Source: Eledone cirrhosa
Lineage: Eukaryota
Reading direction: 5' to 3'
Length of the DNA stretch: 64,000 nucleotides
Assembly (NCBI GenBank): GCA_964016885.1
Contig: OZ024740.1
Location: forward strand, 387,810,001-387,874,000
The position numbers were made by a program, and so were the translations under genes. Below the pieces are notes generated by a model. The model did no database searches, had not been told where the DNA came from, and saw only the letters and a list, made by a program, of their open reading frames with translations. Below, one piece after another: positions 39,001-54,000 of the stretch. Within the stretch, counting starts at the first letter, position 1; each line of letters begins with the position of its first letter.

Positions 39001-42000
39001 AAGTGTTTAAGGTCTTACCATATATATCACTCTGTACATTACCTAAGTGTTTAAGGTCTTACTATATATATCTGACTGTACATTACCTAAGTGTTTAAGG
39101 TCTTACTATATGTATCTCACTGTACATTACCTAAGTGTTTAAGGACTTACTATATATATATCACTCTGTACATTACCTAATTGTTTAAGGTCTTACTATA
39201 TATATATCTCACTGTACATTACCTAAGTGTTTAAGGTCTTACTATATATATCTCACTGTACATTACCTAAGTGTTTAAGGTCTTACTATGTGTATCTCAC
39301 TGTACATTAGCAAAGTGTTTAATGTCTTACTATATATATCTCACTGTACATTACCTAAGGGTTTAAGGTCTTACTATATATATCTCACTGTACATTACCT
39401 AAGTGTTTAAGGTCTTACTATATATATCTCACTGTACATTACCTAAGTGTTTAATGTCATACTATATATATCTCACTGTACATTACCTAAGTGTTTCAGG
39501 TCTTACTATATATATTTCACTGTACATTACATAAGTGTTTAAGGTCTTACTATATATATCTCACTGTACATTACCTAAGTGTTTAAGGTCTACTATATAT
39601 ATCTTACTGTACATTACCTAAGTGTTTAAGGTCTTACTATATATATCTCACTGTATATAACCTAAGTGTTTAAGGTCTTACTATATATATCTCACTGTAC
39701 ATTACCTAAGTGTTTAAGGTCTTTCTACATATATATCTCACTGTACATTACCTAAGTGTTTAAGGTCTTACTATATATATCTCACTGTACATTACCTAAG
39801 TGTTTAAGGTCTTACTATATATATCTCACTGTACATTACCTAAGTGTTTAAGGTCTTACTATATATATCTCACTGTACATTACCTAAGTGTTTAAGGTCT
39901 TACTATATATATCTCACTGTACATTATCTAAGTGTTTAAGGTCTTACTATATATATCTCACTGTACATTACCTAAGTGTTTAAGGTCTACTATATATATC
40001 TTACTGTACATTACCTAAGTGTTTAAGGTCTTACTATATATATCTCACACTGTACATTACCTAAGTGTTTAAGGTCTTACTATATATATCTCACTGTACA
40101 TTACCTAAGTGTTTAAGGTCTTACTATATATATCTCACTGTACATTACCTAAGTGTTTAAGGTCTTACTATATATATCTCACTGTACATTACCTAAGTGT
40201 TTCAGGTCTTACTATATATATCTCACTGTACATTACCTAAGTGTTTAAGGTGTTACTATATATATCTCACTGTACATTACCTAGGTGTTTAAGGTCTTAC
40301 TATATATATCTCACTGTACATTAGCTAAGTGTTTAATGTCTTACTATATATATCTCACTGTTCATTACCTAAGTGTTTAAGGTCTTATTATATATATCTC
40401 ACTGTACATTACCTAAGTGTTTAAGGTCTACTATATATATCTCACTGTACATTACCTAAGTGTTTAAGGTCTTACTATATATATCTCACTGTACATTACC
40501 TAAGTGTTTAAGGTCTTACTATATATATCTCACTGTACATTGCCTAAGTGTTTAAGGTCTTACTATATATGTCTCACTGTACATTACCTAAGTGTTTCAG
40601 GTCTTACTATATATATATCTCACTGTACATTACCTAAGTGTTTAAGGTCTTACTATATATATCTCACTGTACATTGCCTAAGTGTTTAAGGTCTACTATA
40701 TATATCTCACTGTACATTACCTAAGTGTTTAAGTTCTTACTATATATATCTCACTGTACATTACCTAAGTGTTTAAGGTCTTACTATATATATCTCACTG
40801 TACATTACCTAAGTGTTTAAGGTCTTTCTACATATATATCTCACTGTACATTACCTAAGTGTTTAAGGTCTTTCTACATATATATCTCACTGTACATTAC
40901 CTAAGTGTTTAAGGTCTTTCTACATATATATCTCACTGTACATTACCTAAGTGTTTAAGGTCTTACTATATATATCTCACTGTACATTACCTAAGTGTTT
41001 AAGGTCTTACTATATATATCTCACTGTACATTACCTAAGTGTTTAAGGTCTTACTATATATATCTCACTGTACATTAGCTAAGTGTTTAATGTCTTACTA
41101 TATATATCTCACTGTTCATTACCTAAGTGTTTAAGGTCTTACTATATATATCTCACTGTACATTACCTAAGTGTTTAAGGTCTACTATATATATCTCACT
41201 GTACATTACCTAAGTGTTTAAGGTCTTACTATATATATCTCACTGTACATTACCTAAGTGTTTAAGGTCTTACTATATATATCTCACTGTACATTGCCTA
41301 AGTGTTTAAGGTCTTACTATATATGTCTCACTGTACATTACCTAAGTGTTTCAGGTCTTACTATATATATATCTCACTCTACATTACCTAAGTGTTTAAG
41401 GTCTTACTGTATATATCTCACTGTACATTGCCTAAGTGTTTAAGGTCTACTATATATATCTCACTGTACATTACCTAAGTGTTTAAGTTCTTACTATATA
41501 TATCTCACTGTACATTACCTAAGTGTTTAAGGTCTTACTATATATATCTCACTGTACATTACCTAAGTGTTTAAGGTCTTTCTACATATATATCTCACTG
41601 TACATTACCTAAGTGTTTAAGGTCTTTCTACATATATATCTCACTGTACATTACCTAAGTGTTTAAGGTCTTTCTTCATATATATCTCACTGTACATTAC
41701 CTAAGTGTTTAAGGTCTTACTATATATATCTCACTGTACATTACCTAAGTGTTTAAGGTCTTACTATATATATCTCACTGTACATTACCTAAGTGTTTAA
41801 GGTCTTACTATATATATCTCACTGTACATTACCTAAGTGTTTAAGGTCTTACTATATATATCTCACTGTACATTACCTAAGTGTTTAAGGTCTTACTATA
41901 TATATCTCACTGTACATTACCTAAGTGTTTAAGGTCTTACTATATATATCTCACTGTACATTACCTAAGTGTTTAAGGTCTTACTATATATATCACTCTG

Positions 42001-45000
42001 TACATTACCTAAGTGTTTAAGGTCTTACTATATATATCTGACTGTACATTACTTAAGTGTTTAAGGTCTTACTATATATATCTCACTGTACATTACGTAA
42101 GTGTTTAAGGTCTTACTATATATATCTCACTGTACATTACCTAAGAGTTTAAGGTCTTACTATATATATCTCACTGTACATTACCTAAGTGTTTAAGGTC
42201 TTACTATATATATCTCACTGTACATTACCTAAGTGTTTAAGGTCTTACTATATATATCTCACTGTACATTACCTAAGTGTTTAAGGTCTACTATATATAT
42301 CTCACTGTACATTACCTAAGTGTTTAAGGTCTACTATATATATCTCACTGTACATTACCTAAGTGTTTAAGGTCTTACTATATATATCTCACTGTACATT
42401 ACCTAAGTGTTTAAGGTCTTACTATATATATCTCACTGTACATTACCTAAGTGTTTAAGGTCTTACTATATATATCTCACTGTACATTACCTAAGTGTTT
42501 AAGGTCTTTCTACATATATATCTCACTGTTCATTACCTAAGTGTTTAAGGTCTTACTATATATATCTCACTGTTCATTACCTAAGTGTTTAAGGTATTAC
42601 TATATATATCTCACTGTACATTACCTAAGTGTTTAAGGTCTTACTATATATATATCACTGTACATTACCTAAGTGTTTAAGGTCTTACTATATATATCTC
42701 ACTGTACATTACCTAAGTGTTTAAGGTCTTACTATATATATCTCACTGTACATTACCTAAGTGTTTTAGGTCTTACTATATATATCTCACTGTACATTAC
42801 CTAAGTGTTTAAGGTCTTACTATATATATCTCACTGTACATTACCTAAGTGTTTAAGGTCTTACTATATATATCTCACTGTACATTACCTAAGTGTTTAA
42901 GGTCTTACTATATATATCTCACTGTACATTACCTAAGTGTTTAAGGTCTTACTATATATATCTCACTGTACATTACCTAAGTGTTTAGTGTCTTACTATG
43001 TATATATCTCACTGTACATTACCTAAGTGTTTAAGGTCTTACTATATATATCTCACTGTACATTACCTAAGTGTTTAAGGTCTTACTATATATATCTCAC
43101 TGTACATTACCTAAGTGTTTAGTGTCTTACTATGTATATATCTCACTGTACATTACCTAAGTGTTTAAGGTCTTACTATATATATCTCACTGTACATTAC
43201 CTAAGTGTTTAAGGTCTTACTATATATATCTCACTGTACATTACCTAAGTGTTTAAGGTCTTACTATATATATCTCACTGTACATTACCTAAGAGTTTAA
43301 GGTCTTACTATATATATCTCACTGTACATTACCTAAGTGTTTAAGGTCTTACTATATATATCTCACTGTACATTACCTAAGTGTTTAAGGTCTTACTATA
43401 TATATCTCACTGTACATTACCTAAGTGTTTAAGGTCTACTATATATATCTCACTGTACATTACCTAAGTGTTTAAGGTCTACTATATATATCTCACTGTA
43501 CATTACCTAAGTGTTTAAGGTCTTACTATATATATCTCACTGTACATTACCTAAGTGTTTAAGGTCTTACTATATATATCTCACTGTACATTACCTAAGT
43601 GTTTAAGGTCTTACTATATATATCTCACTGTACATTACCTAAGTGTTTAAGGTCTTTCTACATATATATCTCACTGTTCATTACCTAAGTGTTTAAGGTC
43701 TTACTATATATATCTCACTGTTCATTACCTAAGTGTTTAAGGTATTACTATATATATCTCACTGTACATTACCTAAGTGTTTAAGGTCTTACTATATATA
43801 TATCACTGTACATTACCTAAGTGTTTAAGGTCTTACTATATATATCTCACTGTACATTAACTAAGTGTTTAAGGTCTTACTATATATATCTCACTGTACA
43901 TTACCTAAGTGTTTTAGGTTTTACTATATATATCTCACTGTACATTACCTAAGTGTTTAAGGTCTTACTATATATATCTCACTGTACATTACCTAAGTGT
44001 TTAAGGTCTTACTATATATATCTCACTGTACATTACCTAAGTGTTTAAGGTCTTACTATATATATCTCACTGTACATTACCTAAGTGTTTAAGGTCTTAT
44101 TATATATATCTCACTGTACATTACCTAAGTGTTTAGTGTCTTACTATGTATATATCTCACTGTACATTACCTAAGTGTTTAAGGTCTTACTATATATATC
44201 TCACTGTACATTACCTAAGTGTTTAAGGTCTTACTATATATATCTCACTGTACATTACCTAAGTGTTTAAGGTCTTACTATATATATCTCACTGTACATT
44301 ACCTAAGTGTTTAAGGTCTTACTGTATATATCTCACTGTACATTACCTAAGTGTTTCAGGTCTTACTATATATATCTCAGTGTACATTACCTAAGTGTTT
44401 AAGGTCTTACTATATATATCTCACTGTACATTACCTAAGTGTTTAAGGTCTTACTATATATATCTCACTGTACATTACCTAAGTGTTTAAGGTCTTACTA
44501 TATATATCTCACTGTACATTACTTAAGTGTTTAAGGTCTTACTATATATATCACTCTGTACATTACCTAAGTGTCTAAGGTCTTACTATATATATCTGAC
44601 TGTACATTACCTAAGTGTTTAAGGTCTTACTATATATATCTCACACTGTACATTACCTAAGTGTTTAATGTCTTACTATATATATCTCACTGTACATTAC
44701 CTAAGTGTTTAAGGTGTTACTATATATATCTCACTGTACATTACCTAAGTGTTTAAGGTCTTACTATATATATCTCACTGTACATTACCTAAGTGTTTAA
44801 TGTCTAACTATATATATCTCACTGTTCATTACCTAAGTGTTTAAGGTCTTACTATATATATCTCACTGTACATTACCTAAGTGTTTAAGGTCTTACTATA
44901 TATATCTCACTGTACATTACCTAAGTGTTTAATGACTTACTATATATATATCACTGTACATTACCTAAGTGTTTAAGGTCTCACTATATATATCTCACTG

Positions 45001-48000
45001 TACATTACCTAAGTGTTTAAGGTCTTACTATATATATCTCACTGTACATTACCTAAGTGTTTAAGGTCTTTCTACATATATATCTCACTGTACATTACCT
45101 AAGTGTTTAAGGTCTTTCTACATATATATCTCACTGTACATTACCTAAGTGTTTAAGGTCTTTCTACATATATATCTCACTGTACATTACCTAAGTGTTT
45201 AAGGTCTTTCTACATATATATCTCACTGTACATTACCTAAGTGTTTAAGGTCTTACTATATATATCTCACTGTACATTACCTAAGTGTTTAAGGTCTACT
45301 ATATATATCTCACTGTACATTACCTAAGTGTTTAAGGTCTTTCTACATATATATCTCACTGTACATTACCTAAGTGTTTAAGATCTTACTATATATATCT
45401 CACTGTACATTACCTAAGTGTTTAAGGTCTTACTATATATATCTCACTGTACATTACCTAAGTGTTTAAGGTCTTACTATATATATCTCACTGTACATTA
45501 CCTAAGTGTTTAAGGTCTTACTATATATATCACTCTGTACATTACCTAAGTGTTTAAGGTCTTAATATATATATATCTCACTGTACATTACCTAAGTGTT
45601 TAAGGTGTTACTATATATATCTCACTGTACATTACCTAAGTGTTTAAGGTCTTACTATATATATCTCACTGTACATTACCTAAGTGTTTAAGGTCTTTCT
45701 ACATATATATCTCACTGTACATTACCTAAGTGTTTAAGGTCTTTCTACATATATATCTCACTGTACATTACCTAAGTGTTTAAGGTCTTACTACATATAT
45801 ATCTCACTGTAGATTACCTAAGTGTTTAAGGTCTTACTATATATATCTCACTGTATATTACCTAAGTGTTTAAGGTCTTACTATATATATCTCACTGTAC
45901 ATTACCTAAGTGTTTAAGGTCTTTCTACATATATATCTCACTGTACATTACCTAAGTGTTTAAGGTCTTACTATATATATCTCACTGTACATTACCTAAG
46001 TGTTTAAGGTCTTACTATATATATCTCACTGTACATTACCTAAGTGTTTAAGGTCTTACTATATATATCTCACTGTACATTACCTAAGTGTTTAAGGTCT
46101 TACTATATATATCACTCTGTACATTACCTAAGTGTTTAAGGTCTTACTATATATATCTGACTGTACATTACCTAAGTGTTTAAGGTCTTACTATATGTAT
46201 CTCACTGTACATTACCTAAGTGTTTAAGGACTTACTATATATATATCACTCTGTACATTACCTAATTGTTTAAGGTCTTACTATATATATCTCACTGTAC
46301 ATTACCTAAGTGTTTAAGGTCTTACTATATATATCTCACTGTACATTACCTAAGTGTTTAAGGTCTTACTATGTGTATCTCACTGTACATTAGCAAAGTG
46401 TTTAATGTCTTACTATATATATCTCACTGTACATTACCTAAGGGTTTAAGGTCTTACTATATATATCTCACTGTACATTACCTAAGTGTTTAAGGTCTTA
46501 CTATATATATTTCACTGTACATTACCTAAGTGTTTAATGTCTTACTATATATATCTCACTGTACATTACCTAAGTGTTTCAGGTCTTATATATATATTTC
46601 ACTGTACATTACATAAGTGTTTAAGGTCTTACTATATATATCTCACTGTACATTACCTAAGTGTTTAAGGACCACTATATATATCTTACTGTACATTACC
46701 TAAGTGTTTAAGGTCTTACTATATATATCTCACTGTATATTACCTAAGTGTTTAAGGTCTTACTATATATATCTCACTGTACATTACCTAAGTGTTTAAG
46801 GTCTTTCTACATATATATCTCACTGTACATTACCTAAGTGTTTAAGGTCTTACTATATATATCTCACTGTACATTACCTAAGTGTTTAAGGTCTTACTAT
46901 ATATATCTCACTGTACATTACCTAAGTGTTTAAGGTCTTACTATATATATCTCACTGTACATTACCTAAGTGTTTAAGGTCTACTATATATATCTTACTG
47001 TACATTACCTAAGTGTTTAAGGTCTTACTATATATATCTCACACTGTACATTACCTAAGTGTTTAAGGTCTTACTATATATATCTCACTGTACATTACCT
47101 AAGTGTTTAAGGTCTTACTATATATATCTCACTGTACATTACCTAAGTGTTTAAGGTCTTACTATATATATCTCACTGTACATTACCTAAGTGTTTAAGG
47201 TCTTACTATATATATCACTCTGTACATTACCTAAGTGTTTAAGGTCTTACTATATATATCTCACTGTACATTACCTAAGTGTTTAAGGTCTTACTATATA
47301 TATCTCACTGTACATTACCTAAGTGTTTAAGGTCTTACTATATATATCTCACTGTACATTACCTAAGTGTTTAAGGTCTTACTATATATATCTCACTGTA
47401 CATTACCTAAGTGTTTAAGGTCTTACTGTATATATCTCACTGTACATTACCTAAGTGTTTCAGGTCTTACTATATATATCTCAGTGTACATTACCTAAGT
47501 GTTTAAGGTCTTACTATATATATCTCACTGTACATTACCTAAGTGTTTAAGGTCTTACTATATATATCTCACTGTACATTACCTAAGTGTTTAAGGTCTT
47601 ACTATATATATCTCACTGTACATTACCTAAGTGTTTAAGGTCTTACTATATATATCACTCTGTACATTACCTAAGTGTTTAAGGTCTTACTATATATATC
47701 TGACTGTACATTACCTAAGTGTTTAAGGTGTTACTATATATATCTCACACTGTACATTACCTAAGTGTTTAATGTCTTACTATATATATCTCACTGTACA
47801 TTACCTAAGTGTTTAAGGTGTTACTATATATATCTCACTGTACATTACCTAAGTGTTTAAGGTCTTACTATATATATCTCACTGTACATTACCTAAGTGT
47901 TTAATGTCTAACTATATATATCTCACTGTTCATTACCTAAGTGTTTAAGGTCTTACTATATATATCTCACTGTACATTACCTAAGTGTTTAAGGTCTTAC

Positions 48001-51000
48001 TATATATATCTCACTGTACATTACCTAAGTGTTTAATGACTTACTATATATATATCACTGTACATTACCTAAGTGTTTAAGGTCTCACTATATATATCTC
48101 ACTGTACATTACCTAAGTGTTTAAGGTCTTACTATATATATCTCACTGTACATTACCTAAGTGTTTAAGGTCTTTCTACATATATATCTCACTGTACATT
48201 ACCTAAGTGTTTAAGGTCTTTCTACATATATATCTCACTGTACATTACCTAAGTGTTTAAGGTCTTTCTACATATATATCTCACTGTACATTACCTAAGT
48301 GTTTAAGGTCTTTCTACATATATATCTCACTGTACATTACCTAAGTGTTTAAGGTCTTACTATATATATCTCACTGTACATTACCTAAGTGTTTAAGGTC
48401 TACTATATATATCTCACTGTACATTACCTAAGTGTTTAAGGTCTTTCTACATATATATCTCACTGTACATTACCTAAGTGTTTAAGATCTTACTATATAT
48501 ATCTCACTGTACATTACCTAAGTGTTTAAGGTCTTACTATATATATCTCACTGTACATTACCTAAGTGTTTAAGGTCTTACTATATATATCTCACTGTAC
48601 ATTACCTAAGTGTTTAATGTCTTACTATATATATCACTCTGTACATTACCTAAGTGTTTAAGGTCTTACTATATATATCTCACTGTACATTACCTAAGTG
48701 TTTAAGGTCTTACTATATATATCTCACTGTACATTACCTAAGTGTTTAAGTTCTTACTATATATATCTCACTGTACATTACCTAAGTGTTTAAGGTCTTA
48801 CTATATATATCTCACTGTACATTACCTTAGTGTTTAAGGTCTTTCTACATATATATCTCACTGTACATTACCTAAGTGTTTAAGGTCTTTCTACATATAT
48901 ATCTCACTGTACATTACCTAAGTGTTTAAGGTCTTACTACATATATATCTCACTGTAGATTACCTAAGTGTTTAAGGTCTTACTATATATATCTCACTGT
49001 ATATTACCTAAGTGTTTAAGGTCTTACTATATATATCTCACTGTACATTACCTAAGTGTTTAAGGTCTTTCTACATATATATCTCACTGTACATTACCTA
49101 AGTGTTTAAGGTCTTACTATATATATCTCACTGTACATTACCTAAGTGTTTAAGGTCTTACTATATATATCTCACTGTACATTACCTAAGTGTTTAAGGT
49201 CTTACTATATATATCTCACTGTACATTACCTAAGTGTTTAAGGTCTTACTATATATATCACTCTGTACATTACCTAAGTGTTTAAGGTCTTACTATATAT
49301 ATCTGACTGTACATTACCTAAGTGTTTAAGGTCTTACTATATGTATCTCACTGTACATTACCTAAGTGTTTAAGGACTTACTATATATATATCACTCTGT
49401 ACATTACCTAATTGTTTAAGGTCTTACTATATATATCTCACTGTACATTACCTAAGTGTTTAAGGTCTTACTATATATATCTCACTGTACATTACCTAAG
49501 TGTTTAAGGTCTTACTATGTGTATCTCACTGTACATTAGCAAAGTGTTTAATGTCTTACTATATATATCTCACTGTACATTACCCAAGGGTTTAAGGTCT
49601 TACTATATATATCTCACTGTACATTACCTAAGTGTTTAAGGTCTTACTATATATATTTCACTGTACATTACCTAAGTGTTTAATGTCTTACTATATATAT
49701 CTCACTGTACATTACCTAAGTGTTTAAGGTCTTACTATATATATTTCACTGTACATTACATAAGTGTTTAAGGTCTTACTATATATATCTCACTGTACAT
49801 TACCTAAGTGTTTAAGGACCACTATATATATCTTACTGTACATTACCTAAGTGTTTAAGGTCTTACTATATATATCTCACTGTATATTACCTAAGTGTTT
49901 AAGGTCTTACTATATATATCTCACTGTACATTACCTAAGTGTTTAAGGTCTTTCTACATATATATCTCACTGTACATTACCTAAGTGTTTAAGGTCTTAC
50001 TATATATATCTCACTGTACATTACCTAAGTGTTTAAGGTCTTACTATATATATCTCACTGTACATTACCTAAGTGTTTAAGGTCTTACTATATATATCTC
50101 ACTGTACATTACCTAAGTGTTTAAGGTCTACTATATATATCTTACTGTACATTACCTAAGTGTTTAAGGTCTTACTATATATATCTCACTGTACATTACC
50201 TAAGTGTTTAAGGTCTTACTATATATATCTCACTGTACATTACCTAAGTGTTTAAGGTCTTACTATATATATCTCACTGTACATTACCTAAGTGTTTAAG
50301 GTCTTACTATATATATCACTCTGTACATTACCTAAGTGTTTAAGGTCTTACTATATATATCTCACTGTACATTACCTAAGTGTTTAAGGTCTTTCTACAT
50401 ATATATCTCACTGTACATTACCTAAGTGTTTAAGGTCTTACTATATATATCTCACTGTACATTACCTAAGTGTTTAAGGTCTTACTATATATATCTCACT
50501 GTACATTACCTAAGTGTTTAAGGTCTTACTATATATATCTCACTGTACATTACCTAAGTGTTTAAGGTCTTACTATATATATCACTCTGTACATTACCTA
50601 AGTGTTTAAGGTCTTACTATATATATCTGACTGTACATTACCTAAGTGTTTAACGTCTTACTATATGTATCTCACTGTACATTACCTAAGTGTTTAAGGA
50701 CTTACTATATATATATCACTCTGTACATTACCTAATTGTTTAAGGTCTTACTATATATATCTCACTGTACATTACCTAAGTGTTTAAGGTCTTACTATAT
50801 ATATCTCACTGTACATTACCTAAGTGTTTAAGGTCTTACTATGTGTATCTCACTGTACATTAGCAAAGTGTTTAATGTTTTACTATATATATCTCACTGT
50901 ACATTACCTAAGGGTTTAAGGTCTTACTATATATATCTCACTGTACATTACCTAAGTGTTTAAGGTCTTACTATATATATTTCACTGTACATTACCTAAG

Positions 51001-54000
51001 TGTTTAATGTCTTACTATATATATCTCACTGTACATTACCTAAGTGTTTAAGGTCTTACTATATATATTTCACTGTACATTACATAAGTGTTTAAGGTCT
51101 TACTATATATATCTCACTGTACATTACCTAAGTGTTTAAGGACCACTATATATATCTTACTGTACATTACCTAAGTGTTTAAGGTCTTACTATATATATC
51201 TCACTGTATATTACCTAAGTGTTTAAGGTCTTACTATATATATCTCACTGTACATTACCTAAGTGTTTAAGGTCTTTCTACATATATATCTCACTGTACA
51301 TTACCTAAGTGTTTAAGGTCTTACTATATATATCTCACTGTACATTACCTAAGTGTTTAAGGTCTTACTATATATATCTCACTGTACATTACCTAAGTGT
51401 TTAAGGTCTTACTATATATATCTCACTGTACATTACCTAAGTGTTTAAGGTCTACTATATATATCTTACTGTACATTACCTAAGTGTTTAAGGTCTTACT
51501 ATATATATCTCACTGTACATTACCTAAGTGTTTAAGGTCTTACTATATATATCTCACTGTACATTACCTAAGTGTTTAAGGTCTTACTATATATATCTCA
51601 CTGTACATTACCTAAGTGTTTAAGGTCTTACTATATATATCACTCTGTACATTACCTAAGTGTTTAAGGTCTTACTATATATATCTCACTGTACATTACC
51701 TAAGTGTTTAAGGACTTACTATATATATATCACTCTGTACATTACCTAATTGTTTAAGGTCTTACTATATATATCTCACTGTACATTACCTAAGTGTTTA
51801 ATGTCTTACTATATATATCTCACTGTACATTACCTAAGTGTTTAAGGTCTTACTATGTGTATCTCACTGTACATTAGCTAAGTGTTTAATGTCTTACTAT
51901 ATATATCTCACTGTACATTACCTAACGGTTTAAGGTCTTACTATATATATCTCACTGTACATTACCTAAGTGTTTAAGGTCTTACTACATATATCTCACT
52001 GTACATTACCTAAGTGTTTAATGTCTTACTATATATATCTCACTGTACATTACCTAAGTGTTTAAGGTCTTACTGTATATATCTCACTGTACATTACCTA
52101 AGTGTTTCAGGTCTTACTATATATATCTCACTGTACATTACCTAAGTGTTTAAGGTGTTACTATATATATCTCACTGTACATTACCTAGGTGTTTAAGGT
52201 CTTACTATATATATCTCACTGTACATTAGCTAAGTGTTTAATGTCTTACTATATATATCTCACTGTACATTGCCTAAGTGTTTAAGGTCTTACTATATAT
52301 GTCTCACTGTACATTACCTAAGTGTTTCAGGTCTTACTATATATATATCTCACTGTACATTACCTAAGTGTTTAAGGTCTTACTATATATATCTCACTGT
52401 ACATTGCCTAAGTGTTTAAGGTCTACTATATATATCTCACTGTACATTACCTAAGTGTTTAAGTGCTTACTATATATATCTCACTGTACATTACCTAAGT
52501 GTTTAAGGTCTTACTATATATATCTCACTGTACATTACCTAAGTGTTTAAGGTCTTTCTACATATATATCTCACTGTACATTACCTAAGTGTTTAAGGTC
52601 TTTCTACATATATATCTCACTGTACATTACCTAAGTGTTTAAGGTCTTTCTACATATATATCTCACTGTACATTACCTAAGTGTTTAAGGTCTTACTATA
52701 TATATCTCACTGTACATTACCTAAGTGTTTAAGGTCTTACTATATATATCTCACTGTACATTACCTAAGTGTTTAAGGTCTTACTATATATATCTCACTG
52801 TACATTACGTAAGTGTTTAAGGTCTTACTATATATATCTCACTGTACATTACCTTAGTGTTTAAGGTCTTACTATATATATCTCACTGTACATTACCTAA
52901 GTGTTTAAGGTCTTACTATATATATCTCACTGTACATTACCTAAGTGTTTAAGGTCTTACTATATATATATCACTCTGTACATTACCTAAGTGTTTAAGG
53001 TCTTACTATATATATCTGACTGTACATTACTTAAGTGTTTAAGGTCTTACTATATATATCATACTGTACATTACCTAAGTGTTTAATGTCTTACTATATA
53101 TATCTCACTGTACATTACCTAACGGTTTAAGGTCTTACTATATATATCTCACTGTACATTACCCAAGTGTTTAAGGTCTTACTACATATATCTCACTGTA
53201 CATTACCTAAGTGTTTAATGTCTTACTATATATATCTCACTGTACATTACCTAAGTGTTTAAGGTCTTACTGTATATATCTCACTGTACATTAACTAAGT
53301 GTTTAAGGTCTTACTATATATATCTCACTGTACATTACCTAAGTGTTTAAGGTGTTACTATATATATCTCACTGTACACTACCTAGGTGTTTAAGGTCTT
53401 ACTATATATATCTCACTGTACATTAGCTAAGTGTTTAATGTCTTACTATATATATCTCACTGTACATTAGCTAAGTGTTTAAGTGCTTACTATATATATC
53501 TCACTGTACATTACCTAAGTGTTTAAGGTCTTACTATATATATCTCACTGTACATTACCTAAGTGTTTAAGGTCTTTCTACATATATATCTCACTGTACA
53601 TTACCTAAGTGTTTAAGGTCTTTCTACATATATATCTCACTGTACATTACCTAAGTGTTTAAGGTCTTTCTACATATATATCTCACTGTACATTACCTAA
53701 GTGTTTAAGGTCTTACTATATATATCTCACTGTACATTACCTAAGTGTTTAAGGTCTTACTATATATATCTCACTGTACATTACCTAAGTGTTTAAGGTC
53801 TTACTATATATATCTCACTGTACATTACGTAAGTGTTTAAGGTCTTACTATATATATCTCACTGTACATTACCTAAGTGTTTAAGGTCTTACTATATATA
53901 TCTCACTGTACATTACCTAAGTGTTTAAGGTCTTACTATATATATCTCACTGTACATTACCTAAGTGTTTAAGGACCACTATATATATCTTACTGTACAT

